DNA of 64,000 bases from Azolla caroliniana (taxonomy: Eukaryota; Plantae; Polypodiophyta), in contig JBHGNT010000012.1 in the NCBI GenBank assembly GCA_043228905.1, positions 3,596,001 to 3,660,000 of the forward strand, in the 5' to 3' direction. Of this stretch, positions 12,001 to 24,596 are shown one piece after another. Made by a program: the position numbers and the translations under genes. Numbering within the stretch: position 1 is the stretch's first letter; each line of letters opens with the position of its first letter. Under the pieces are notes generated by a model. That model was not told the DNA's origin and searched no databases. It saw only the letters and a list, made by a program, of their open reading frames with translations.

Positions 12001-14610
12001 AATTACACAATTTCCATAGCACGTACACATCTTGATTCATTAAAAATTTGGAAACAAATGTTTATGGTGCATTAATTCATCAACAATATATGACTATGAT
12101 GTCGCATGTAAACTTCATACTTGGTTTCTCATGGAACATCTTTGAGTCATCAAAGCTTCCCACTAACTATTCTTGACTCTTGGAATAATATTTGACAAAG
12201 TTGTTCCAACTTGAAATAGGTCTCCTGATTTCTCAATTGATCATCGGCACTTCTCGATAACTCCCATTTTCCACAGGAAATAGCCATTATTTACTCCAAT
12301 TTGATAGTATCAGTATAGATCACTCTATCCTTTTCAACTTTGGTAATGTATACATGTAGAAAACCCAAGCAATATTGGAACAGTAGTGCATTTATGCTTA
12401 TGCCATGTCACTTCAACTAGTGTTGCATTTCAGCATACCAATAATCGTCATCTCCATGTTCAACAAGTCTTTTGATGACATAAATGTCAATCTTGAGTAC
12501 CATTTCTTTCACGCATGTCAGTACTCCAAGTTTTCCATTCTTTCCCATACTATTGTCCTTGAGATTGTGGTGGAGCTTGAAATCTACAAAACAGTAATAT
12601 AATGGCTGTCCTTCAAGAATGCCTGATTTAATGTTGCATATATATATTCATTGTCGATTGGACCATTCCATTTTAGCTTTTCTGAGCATAGATAAAGAGT
12701 ATCTATGACCTTTCCATTTTGAAGTTTTTCACACTTTTCATTACCACCTTATACTCAAACTTCAATGTGCATTCCTGGAAATGAGTCAGTCATGGGTCCT
12801 TCATCCTTCACATATGATGTCAAATTTTCACCTGAGGGGAAATGTCCCTTTACTTCCATGCATTGTTCCTTGATAGATCTCCAAATCCCTCACTGGATTT
12901 TTTTAAGACACAAAGCATCTTTTGTCTCTTTGTCAAGTTCATACCACCCTCATTTATTCCTTTGGAGCTGCTTTCTCCATATGCCCATCCATTACTTGCT
13001 TTCAGGATGGCCTTGAGTTTGTGTCTCTTTGTCTTACACTCACCATCGAATCATACATTATGGGGTGGCCTTTTTACATGCCTTCTCTTTATTGTGACAT
13101 CCACTGTGCATTCTAAAGCTTCACACGATGTATCTTGGAAAATGAACACACATTCTCAATATCATATGATATGTCGCCAAATAAGAGCAATTACGTTGGA
13201 AAACGAATGCGAATGTTATTCAAACATTCTTGTGTTTTTTACCCCTTTTTTAAAGGTTTTTTTTTGTTTTTTTCCTTTTTTTAGGTTTATTTACCTCATA
13301 ATAAATAGTTAATCCAAAAGTATGGTATTACCATTCTTCGAGGGTGTTTACCATGCTCGAATGATTGAACCATTCACGAATGCGAATGCGCGTATGGTTC
13401 ATACTACGATTCCTCCAATATGTCAGCAGAAGAATTTGTTTCTTGCCATTTACCATTAGATGGCCAATCCAATCAATGCATTGGTTTGGTTTCCATATGC
13501 CGTGGTAAATTGATCTTTAAATGTATCGCCTCAAACTTTAAAGTTCTGTAGGGAGAGAGCTAGAAATTCCTAATAAAAAACCATCTTCTTCTATGTCTCT
13601 TGTTGTACTCTATCTCAAAAAATGGGGTAAGTTATGGATATATGTAATGAAAGATCATTTATTGGTGCTGCCATGTTCCAGCCTACTCAACTGTTTCAAT
13701 GCCTGAAATGTGGATGGTAACTAAGATTACTCAGAATAATCATTTGCCTCAGCCTCTTGGCACAAGCTTGTTGATAGCATCTTAAAATGCTTCTCAAAGA
13801 ATTGTCAGTGCACACACAGAAAACTTACATGCCTGATGCAAAGCTAAGCATTCAATCCCGAAAAACTTCAAATAAAACTTGGTCTTGTTGAATGTACCAG
13901 TCGTATGTGTATTATGTGCATAGTTAAGGTTATGCCAACCTGAATTGTTTTGACAACATTCAATATAATTAAAACGGTTCGTGACCACTTCTGCATAGTG
14001 CATCCTTAATAAGCCACAAGTACTAAACGGGCTTGGAATAAGATAATTTAATAGAAATCCAAAGGAAAAAGGTTGGGTTTTTTTTCATTTCTCCTTTTAT
14101 TTAATATTTAGGAACAATTAAACAAACCTTAATCCATCCCATTTCATTACACTTGATGTCAGATTCCAATGGTAGAAGGCAAAAGGAAAAAGTTCCTTAA
14201 CCACCCATATTATTTTTTTAAGCATGTAAGCAAGATGACGAAGTCAGAGTTCACTGAAAACTCAGAAAATGACATGACATTCAACAGCTATACATCATAT
14301 ACATATATTATCATCATGCTGCATTAAATTACAGTGACCACACTTCATTTATAGGAGATGACGAGTCTCCTCAAATTAGGGTTAAACGGGGGGAGGGGGG
14401 GGGGGGGAACCTATTTCAGTATCACTTCTATGGTTTCTGATCATCTCTCTATCTTTCAGATTCTTGAAGGAGAAAGAGAGAGGGGAGGGACTAAATCGAG
14501 GAAAATAAATGAGGCAAAACATCTGATTTCATTGTGGGTCTTCTGAAAACTCTCTCTCTCTCTCTCTCTTACCTGGGTCTTGTGGGTCTATGATTTCCAC
14601 TTCGTTTCAT
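9081..14610 (-). CDS. Protein phosphatase 1 inhibitor-2 (IPP-2 family), 4 exons
   Basis: Minus-strand exons 14610-14573, 10687-10572, 10477-10295, 9304-9081 join in frame. Motifs: RIVWDEANL (RVxW), KQKISEPKTPYH, GGWTSSEDE and FTEHRKAHYDEY. Confidence 0.9.
11249..12200 (-). mobile_element. Degenerate 3' portion of the same LINE family as 42187-52070, in intron 1 of the IPP-2 gene; further decayed LINE-like sequence may extend to about 13600
   Basis: ORF 11628-11816 ([24 protein letters not shown]...) matches the LINE C-terminus. The reverse complement of 11249-11345 gives the family 3' end (ATAGGCCATTTTGG...CTTAAAAGAG...AATATATCTTTCTTTC). Confidence 0.85.
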
Positions 14611-14919
14611 GGTTCTGCTTCAGACAGGATTCGATCCCAAAGCCTATGCCCTGAGTTTTGGTGAAGAATTGATTGGGATGGAGAAAATGATGGGCTCTTT
14701 CTTGATCTTATTATATACATATAACTTTAGCCTCTAACTAAAACTAGGAGATACATCCTGCCAACATGTTGGCCTGGCCAAAATATTGGTCAAATTATGT
14801 ACATACATACATATTAATACATATATGGTATGTATGTATGTATGTATGTATGTATGTATGTATGTCAATCCATAGTATGAATATATATACTATGGATTGC
14901 TCCCAAATACTTCTCTAAA

Positions 14920-15270
14920 TGTTGCTCGACATCAATTGTTTAAGGGTCCCTCATCAGGTGCCCGAGGGCTCCACTTGAATTGATTAATTGTTGGTTATTG
15001 AGAGAACTTGATTCTTGGATTCTCGATTTCTCTGCTGTCTAGATTATTCTCGTTCACATTCGTGCAATCCGCCTTACTAATTGAGAATTCTTTCAGTGTT
15101 GCTCAACATCAATCGTTCAAGTTCTCTCATTAAGTGCCCGAGGGCTCCAAATTCCAATTGCCTAACTATCAGGTATTTAGAGAACTCGATTCTTGGATTT
15201 TTGAATGTCACTTGTCTAGGTTCTCGTACACAATCATGTGACCCGCCTTGACTAATCGTGGTTGTGAGAA
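14920..15270. repeat. Two diverged ~177-bp direct repeats upstream of the IPP-2 gene
   Basis: GTTGCTC(G/A)ACATCAAT...GTGCCCGAGGGCTCCA...GAGAACT(T/C)GATTCTTGGATT occurs at about 14921 and 15098. Confidence 0.8.
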
Positions 15271-16859
15271 AACTTTGTCCTTAGGCATGTAGTAAAAACA
15301 CCATATGTTAATTATAACACCAAGTAACATTCATCCACTCGAGAATATCTCATGCACTAATAGCTTTTGTCACAATTACTTAGTGCTTACTAAAATCTAC
15401 CATGTCCATTTGGTCTACTACTTTCTAGAATTTGATAAAAATGTGGGCGGTATGTGGATATAATCATTTTTGTTGACTTTTTATCTTTTATTGTCAGTGA
15501 TATGGCTGCAATTTATTCCTATAAAACCTTCATCATGTCTCAATACCATTAGTGATTTGTCTCTTTCATGCATTACAACATAAATAAGGGTTTCTGCACA
15601 TTTCCCCCTCCACAATAACTTTACCGTAAGTAAAAACTTCTTACTAAAGGAGGATAAATTTGTGTGATAGAAAAGGTTTATAATTGAAATGTCAAAGGAC
15701 GAACATAAGTAGTTTGTATATATTATCTCCTACTATCTACATTATGTTCCCATAGAATTCATATACATGACCTACATATGCTATTACGTACACATCTCGA
15801 CTCGTTCAAAAATTTGTTTGTCAAATTTTTTATGGTGCCTCAATTCCAAGATAATTGATTCTTTAATAACTATGTTCATTATTAGTTGTGCTTTGTTAGG
15901 TACATAAATTCTTAACATGTTTTATTCATGTGTGTGTTTGTACACACGCACAATGACAAAGTGAATGTGAGAAAAAGAGAGACAATATAGAGAATGAATG
16001 TGTAGGTAGGCTAGTAAAGAGCGTTCAACAAAATAGTGAAATTGATAGGTTTCAAACCTGGTCTGCATAGTCATTGCCAGTTTCAAACATCGAATCGAGA
16101 GGGAGTCTTTGCATACTTATATGACAAGTTTCAAACATTTGATCATAAAAAAAGAGCAAGACAAAGACAATGTGGATACATACTTCCTAAAAAAGAGGGT
16201 TCCTATTTTATTATGTGGAATCTTAAAACATGTCAAAAAACTTAGTTTCTATTGGACATGTGGTATTTGGAATTGCGTGTAACATACACATGTTTGAAAG
16301 CAAAGCCTACTTCTTAATGGTGATCCATTGTCAAAGGCTCAAGGAGGATGGCCAATGTCTAGGACGTTGGTTGTTTGTTTAACTCCATGACATTTGATGA
16401 GTTTGCATGAATTGGGATAAAGTTCGCTTATCGATAGATCAAAACCCCTTTTTCACACATCAAAAGGAAAATAAATTACATAAAACACTATGAGTTCAGA
16501 GAAAAAATTGTAGAAAGATTACATTCTTAGATCTTATTCACTTGGTTCCCTTTCATCAACATTTTCATCCAATAAATGCTCAAAAAACAAAACATGAACA
16601 ACATTTCATTGAGCGAGTGCATATGTCTCATGGACACGAGTGCTCGTAATTTCTATTGGTCGAAAAAACAAATAGATCGATCGTTATATCTTGATTAACC
16701 AAAATCTAGCTCAGTACTCAAATTTGTTGAATACCCTCTAGGATGCAATAAATCTTCGTCGTCTAAATCACAACTTTGTCTAATTGTTCTCTTTTGATCA
16801 ATGCACAAACATTAGGGTCTTCTAATAGACCTAAACTAGACACATGAAAAACCACACGT

Positions 16860-17210
16860 TTAGAGTCATTTGATCAAGTTGAAGCATACACGCATAAAAT
16901 CATTCGAAAGAGCAATATAAGATCGATGTGAAATCACCACACACTTTAGGTTCATCTAATTGAGCTAAAGCATACATGCAGAAAATCATTCGAAAGAGTG
17001 ATATAAGATCTGACGTGAAAATCACCACACACTTTAGATTCATCTGATCGAGGGGAAAGCATACACAGGGGAGATTGTTTTATTCAAAAGAGCAGTATAA
17101 GATCGACATGAATCACCACACACTTAAGGTTCATCTGGTCGAGTTGTAAGCATACACACGGGGGGATCATTCGAAAGAGCGATAGAAGATCGATGCGAAT
17201 CACCATACGA
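16860..17210. repeat. ~85-90-bp minisatellite, 4 copies
   Basis: AAGCATACAC...ATTCGAAAGAG...ATAAGATC...ATCACCACACACTTTAG repeated near 16883, 16968, 17057 and 17148. Confidence 0.85.
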
Positions 17211-17280
17211 GATTAATGGCTACAACCACAAGACTTCAATCGATCTAGCAAATTGCTTGTGTTGTTTTTTTTAGATCGAA

Positions 17281-17755
17281 AAATACATAAGAAACAATAG
17301 CCCTAAGAGTTCTTCGGAGACATATAACAAAACACACACACACACACACACACTCACTCACACACACACACAAAGAGGCCCCCAATGTTTGGAATCGGCA
17401 CCGGTTTGGTTTAGGCTTCGCCGGTTTGGCCTTATCCAAGCCAAACCGGTTAAGCCTAAACCGTTTTGGGGTTCTCAAACCTAAACCGAACCGATCCCTA
17501 AACCGGTTTAGGAACCCCCATCCCAAACTAAGAAACACATAAGAGACAATAGCCCTAAGAGTTCTTTGGAGACATATAACAAAACACACACACACACAAG
17601 GCCCCCAATGTTAGGGATCAGCAACCGTTCGGTTTAGGCTTCACTGGTTCGGCCTTATCCAAGCCAAACCGGTTAAGCCTAAACCGTTTTGGGATTCTCA
17701 AACCCAAACCGAACCGATCCCTAAACCGGTTTAGGAACCCCCAACCCAAACTAAA
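17281..17755. mobile_element. Tandem duplication carrying two 5' halves of an hAT (Ds-like) non-autonomous element, immediately upstream of the DUF760 gene
   Basis: Units 17281-17531 and 17532-17755. The second copy starts TAGGGATCAGCAACCG (17612), followed by AAACCG/CGGTTT subterminal motifs. It is related to the element at 23808-24236. No right TIR was found. Confidence 0.65.
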
Positions 17756-18215
17756 GGTCTCCTGGTTTTCGTCCGAGCCTACTGTAGGCTCGGAACCGAG
17801 GCTGCAGGCTCGGAATCCCAAACCCCAAGCTCGGGTCTCGGCCTGCCCATAGATTCTTCTCGAGAATTTCTCTCTCTCTCTCTCTCCTCAATCATCTTCT
17901 TCTGTCGGTCTGTTTTGCTGCCTGCCTCTAGATTCTCCTCCATAGCCATGGCACCTCCTCATGCTTCTTCTTCTTCTTCTTCTTCTTCTTCTTCCTTTTG
18001 AATGTTCCATATAGCCATGGATCCTTCTGCACCTTCTTCTCCAGGCTTCTTCATCAAGCTCGCAGGACTTCTCTTCCGTATGTATAGTTATGTATCCCCC
18101 TCCAGCAGCGCCGCCAGCAGCAGCTTCTTCTTGTTTCGCTCTCTGAATGTTTGATTCTGCAGCTTCATCATCGTCTCCATCAAACTTAGGTTCGATCGAC
18201 CAGAGTTAATTATCC

Positions 18216-18331
18216 ATGTCGGCAGCCTGTAGTACTATTCTCCCCCGTTCTATTTACAGCACCGTCGAGCATATCAGAACTCTGATTCAGACTATTTCTT
18301 TCACGCATTCTTCTTCTTCTTCTTCCTTGTT

Positions 18332-18363
<32 letters not shown>

Positions 18364-21300
18364 TATCTTCTCCCTCTTGTTCGGATAATTTGTGCTGCTG
18401 CAGGTCATATTTGCATCTTCTCCATGGTCGTGCTTCAGATTTCTATAGTTCTCAGAGCAGAAGAAGAAAAAGAAGGTGTTCTGATGCGAATTCCAGACAA
18501 GTTGTTCAGATAGATGGAAACAACTCAGTGACGCTTCACCATTCTTGGACTTCCTCTCATGTTCAGCAACCTTTTGGATTTCCTGTCAAGATTCGAGGAC
18601 GTTTCCGAGAAGATTATGGAGAATCCGAGCATGATAAAAAGGACTGTAATCATCACCATAACATTTCCTCTAACAGTTTCTTGAAGAAGGTACTACAAGA
18701 ATATACTTGTAATCATGTTCTTTGTTTGTGTGTGTACGGCATATAATCTAGAATCCATTGTATTGTAGTGTTTAGCAAGTTTTTATATTCTGCCCATCAT
18801 ATGCTATATATTTTACTGTGAAGGTAGGCCTTGGGAAGCATAAATTATGCATACTGATTATCTAGGCTCTATTCATGGCCATATGATACATACTGCAGTA
18901 AAGGCAGACTTTGAAAAGAAGATTTTTTCTATATTATTTCTCGGCAACAACTATATGATATATATCATTGCACTGAAGGGAGATATTGGAAAGAAGAAAT
19001 ACTGCATATTGCTTCTTTAGATTCCATAGTCAAAGGCAGGCCTCTGGAATGAAGAAATGCTATACGCTGCTTATATTGAATCTGGTTTTTGTTCATAAGA
19101 TATATATTACCAAAGAAAAATCTCTGGATTCAATTCGGTATCAGTATAATATATGATGATTTCAATTTTCATATACTGCTTATTTGGAATGGGGCATCTG
19201 ATCATCTGACTATATATGTATTACAGTAAAGTCAGGCTGTTGGATTCAATTCACGGCCATTATACTTTCGAGGTTATTGCAAATTTTCTGTACTACTCTG
19301 GAATCCGTTGTGTGGCCATCTGTTTATATTACAGTAAAGCCAGAGCTTGGATTCAATTCAAGACCATATATTACATATTGCTTATCTGGAATTCATTGTC
19401 TGGCCATGTGATATAAATTAAATGCATGTCGTTGTATTCTATTTATGGCCATTATACAGATACCATGAATATAGCTCAAACGCCATAAATATATTATGCT
19501 TGTAAATTCCATTTGCTAGAATCACCTTTCAATCACATGCATTGCCATATATAAATGAACTATTAGCTTGGTAATAATAGTTTTCTTTTTGCTTGCTTTG
19601 TTTCATGCAGGAGCCTTCTTTACTTTTGAGTCTTATTCAGGAGATTCAGCCTCTAGATACTAGCCAAATCAGTAAAGAAGCATCTTATAACAGTAGGGAT
19701 GCTATGAAGAGGACAATATCCGGTATGTTAGGGCTTCTTCCATCCGACCAATTCCATGTAACTGTTGAGACTTCCCGTGAACCACTCGCAAAACTGCTAG
19801 TTTCTTCTATGATGACCGGGTAAGTTGTATGAGTTTTCCTTATTTAAACCTTTTCATCCTTGATTTTGTATTGGTAAGGATTCCTATTTGTTTCTTCTTA
19901 CTTTGAAGCTTGTGCAGTTTGTACATGTTGACAAATGTCGAGTACAGATTGTGCATGCCTTTATATCTTAAGAAATTCATTGTTCTTTGTGTATTTATAC
20001 ATTAAGGAATGTTGAGTATGCAGTTAATATAATGAAATTGTTTGTTACTTATTAGGAATGTTCAGAATACAAATTGTTTATGCAGTTACAGTTGAAGAAC
20101 ATCTTTGTTGCTTTATGCAGTCATATATTAAGAAATGTTGAGTACTAATGCTGTACACAACTATTAATCCAGAATTTCTTCGTCGCTTATGAATCTAAAA
20201 ATTAAGAATTTCTTTGCTGGTTATACAGTTATACATTGAGAAATGCTGAGTATAGATTGTGCCTCCAAAAAAGTTTAGAGACATGCAATGATGAGGTTCA
20301 ATGCTGGCAAGACGAACCATCCATGAATCAGGATGAACATTTCATAAAAAGTGAAGGCATTCTTGAGAATTTGCCACGAGAAGAGAGAAATTTCATTGCA
20401 GAGGATTCTCTAGAGAGTGCCTATAAAGGACTGCACATGATTGACAATGATGCGGAGGCACTTGAATCTCTTGGTCCTATTAGTGAAGAAGCTAGAGATT
20501 ATATCGAGTATCTGAAAGGAAAGCTAATGTCTGTTACAAAGGTATGCATATGATTTAAAATAAAAAATTGGAGATGTTTTAGATAGTGCTTCAAATAGGT
20601 GAAACAATGTTCCCCTTATCATGAAATTGATGAAAAGCTGATGTTTGTAACTAAATTATGTGCATGATTTAGAAGACAATACCAGACAGTTTTGGATGGT
20701 CCTTTAAATATGTGAATCAAAGTTTCTTTAGTTTGAAATTGTGACATAGGTTAGTAAATTACAATTGACAGTAGAGAGTATTTATGCCTACTTCCAATCT
20801 AGTATGGCAGGGGATACATGCTAGTGTACAATGAAGTTATGAATTAAAAGGGATAATATCAAATCACCAGGTTAGGAAAAATGTATTATTATGTAAATGA
20901 AAAAAAGACTATATTCATAAGCTTTGTTGATATTTGAAGTGTTTCTATGTTTTCATTACAAATGTTATTCACGGATTAGAGGACAACAGAGTTGCGCACT
21001 GAACCATGCTCAAATTTCTAAAATGCTGCTAGGCAAATTGGGTTTTGTAGAGGCATACAATATCAATTTGAATTTCATGGGTGACAACCAGGGAATCAAT
21101 AATCAGACATTATGGATGTGCAAAAATTAATAAATAGTAACAATGTTTTGATCTTGGTATTAGGCCTACAGAAAAGTAGTTTACTCTTCAAAATTACTAT
21201 CTAAATGCGTACTATTGGTACTTGAATGTGCTGTTAGTTACAGCATAAGCGAACAGATATGGAATGGCAATCTACTCTTGAGACTTGCTTTAGTGTGACC

Positions 21301-22264
21301 TTTCAAGCTATACATGATCTAGTTTCAAGACATTCTAATAATGCTACTGCAAAATCTTAGCTGTGGCGAGAATCCATATCTCAGAAATCCTAATACGCTG
21401 ATGTTATTAAATAATCATAAGAATATTTTCAAGTGCCTTATTCAATGCGAGATGGGCTTATTAACATCTTGGAATAATAAGAATCTTATTTTTTGTCCCA
21501 TAAATGAAACAACAGTGAAGATGTAATTATTCATAACGATTTGGGAATTACTGAAAAAATAACTGATTATTGGATTGGCTTCTCTTCAGGAGCTGGAGGA
21601 CTGTAAAGGAATTAGTACAGGACTTCAGGTGCAAAGCATGGTGGGAGAAGAAAGCAATGATCTATTAGACTACCTGAGGAGTTTAGCACCTGACAAGGTT
21701 TGAATATGGGGTTCTAGTTCACATAAAAATTACTTTTTCTTTATCTATGCTTTTGACTCTTGAGCACAGACTGATTTTTTTTGTTCAATCCTAATGCATA
21801 TTTGGTTACCAGGTTGAAGAATTGTCACAACCCACTTCACAAGAAGTGGAGGAAGTGATTGAATATGTCATTAACGAGCTCCTCAGTAACCCTTCAGCAA
21901 AATTACAGCAAAAAGATCTACGATATGGGAATCTAGCAGGGGGTAACTTGAATGATCCATGGGATGAAGATAACACTCAGAAGTGTAGTTCTTCACCATT
22001 GCAATCACAATCTGTGCTGATGGTGAATCGTGACCATCTTGCAAGATTGCTTTTCTGGTATGTAGAGTCTCTTGCGTTAAATGCGTCTTTCTGGCATTTA
22101 TTTTGTGTTGCTTTTTAACTAAGAGGTTATCTATGATTTATGGCAGGTGTATGTTGTTGGGTAATCATATGAGAGGTCTAGAATACCGATTAGAACTGAG
22201 TCGAACTCTAAGCTTGACTGGAGATCTTGATACTGGAATTAATGAAAACTCATTTATGGCATAA
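18216..22264 (+). CDS. DUF760 family protein (UV-B-induced At3g17800-like, probably plastid-targeted), 6 exons
   Basis: Exons 18216-18689, 19611-19819, 20229-20541, 21590-21697, 21813-22057, 22147-22264. Ser-rich N-terminus. Motifs: IQEIQPLD, AMKRTISGMLGLLPSDQF, LAKLLVSSMMTGYTLRNAEYRLCL, NDLLDYLRSL and LARLLFWCMLLG. Confidence 0.92.
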
Positions 22265-23807
22265 CAATCCAATGATAATTTTGAGAGCTCAAAGATTAAA
22301 AAAGATAATCTGCGTTTAACAAACACAGTTTAGGTGTACCCTGTATGTGTTACAATCTTGGATGTCTGCAGGCACTTATGCAAGAAGGAACACCATATAT
22401 TTATTATTTCTTTTGTGAGCTATTATCTACTTTATGCTATATATAATGGAAAGGCACTGTAGAAATGTAAACATTTTCGTTTTCAATGATCACATACGAT
22501 GAAGCACATACATTTTGATCGTAAGATTTCACCCCATCTACAGACGGTGAGGTATTCTATGTCTCAATTGTACAGGACAAGACCTTTGTCAAATATATAG
22601 AACAAGGACTTGGTCCTTAAAATCCAAGAAGTCAGATTTACAATTTTTGAGTTTACAGCATTATTTTATTATCAAGTCTTACTCTTCTATGATACCAATT
22701 CTTTTGACCAGTTTGAAATCCTCTGTATGTGGCCCATATCATTTCACTAATCAAGTTAATGCAGAAAAACCGTCACTTTACTAAATAATCGGTATGAGTG
22801 TGTATCTACTTATTACTTGGGTTAGCTTGTCTTAGCAACAGCTAAGAATTGAAAATTAGATTGGTAGGTCAGCTTATGCTATAGCATTAATCCTTATTTA
22901 AGATATTTCACTAGGGGCTGAAATTGATATATCAAATAAGCCAATTGAGGTGTTTTAGGCAATGTTTGTTACATGTAAGGTCACACAATTAAGATGCGAA
23001 ATCTGATGTGCAAGGTAAAGTTGATGCTGAGTATTGTACAATTTACACTAGGTCATGAAGTAGGGTAGGAGAATTAATTTTGGTTTGGATGATATGCTTC
23101 AAACTATGTGTGAGAGAAGAAAACATCCTTGGAATGTAAGCATGATTATTCTAATGAAAGTACTTGGCAATTTGTGTTGCCACACTTGTTTTTTTACTTT
23201 ACCATGACTTGGTTAATTGACTTATGCACGGAAAGTAGTGAATTTAGTTTGGCCATCTTATGATCTTTGTATTTTCGTGTGGAACATTGTTGATTTGATT
23301 GGGGGTTGACCTTAATGATTTCCAAGTGTAATGTTATTGTTTTTGAGGTTTTGAATGGGTTGAAAATTAGTTGGAGTCATTATAAAATGTCAAGATTTTT
23401 TATGGTATCATGCCTTTTGAGTGATGTTACTTTAGAGTTGCACGAGAGATGACTAATGTTTGCCAATTTATGGTGTCAATGTCATTAGAATATGGAACAA
23501 ATTTACAATTCTAGGAGTTTGATGTCAAAGCAATGAGTTTGATTTGTGTGACATAGCATGTAAAGCCTTGCAAGTTTGTTGTGGTATCTTGACTTTTGAA
23601 CTATTTTTGTTGGACATATCATTAGTTTTAAATGGTTTTAACTATATAGGAAGTTGTAACGTGTTGACTATATAGGAAGATGTAACGTGTTTATTGGACA
23701 TATCATTAGTTTTAACTAGATCTTTCTTGAGGTTTCAAATGGTTTGACTATATAGGAAGATGTAACGTGCACATATGCCAATGCTAATGCGTGTATGAGA
23801 TGAAAAC

Positions 23808-24236
23808 TAGCAATCGGCAACCATTCGATTTGGTTTGGTTACGTTTGAGAGTGTCAAACTCAAGCTGTTTAAACAAATCGAAACTTAAACCAAACCGAAC
23901 CACAACCGTTTAAACTGAAACGCTACAAAAAATTCAAGCTCAAACCAAATGGTTTTAGAGATTTTCAAACCTTTAAATTGTTAAAACCGTGGTTCTGGTT
24001 CAGTTTTGTTTTTCAAGTTAGATCAAAATCCAAAATTTCACATTTTAATTTTAAAAATTTAAAAATGTTCAATATTCAAATTTTAAAATTTTAAATCGTT
24101 TGAACCATTTTATCCAAGCCAAACCAAAATGTTTACGAAAACCTGAACCTGAATTGAACCGAACAGAATTGTTTAAATTGTTAAGTCGTGGTTTTGTTGT
24201 TTAGTTCGGTTCAAACCAAACCGTTGTCAGTTGTTA
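23808..24236. mobile_element. hAT-type MITE (non-autonomous)
   Basis: Imperfect TIRs (TAGCAATCGGCAAC ... GTTGTCAGTTGTTA) and many AAACCG/AACCG subterminal motifs. The 8-bp TSD is ATGAAAAC (23800-23807) / ATGACAAC (24237-24244), a 7/8 match. Confidence 0.8.
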
Positions 24237-24390
24237 ATGACAACTGCTTCAAATTTTGTTACACTTTTGTAACAAACTTGGACATGTAGCCCATTATTTG
24301 CAATATTACATGTCCTCCATCCAATCATTGATTAGACTACAAGACACTCCTAATGGCCTTGGCCCCTTCATATAGAAGTAACATATATAT

Positions 24391-24596
24391 TCATGCCATC
24401 ATCAATGAAGCCATCCATAGGCACATACAAGTCTCACTTGAACCTAGCACCACAAATCTTGTTGTAATCCCACCTAAAGCCCACCATGTGCACTCATGCC
24501 ATCATCAGTGAACCCATCCATAGTCACATACAAGTCTTACTTGAACCTAACACTACAAATCTTGTCTTAATCCCACCTAAAGCCACCATGTGCACA
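24391..24596. repeat. ~103-bp tandem duplication
   Basis: TCATGCCATCATCA...CCACCATGTGCAC occurs twice. Confidence 0.85.
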
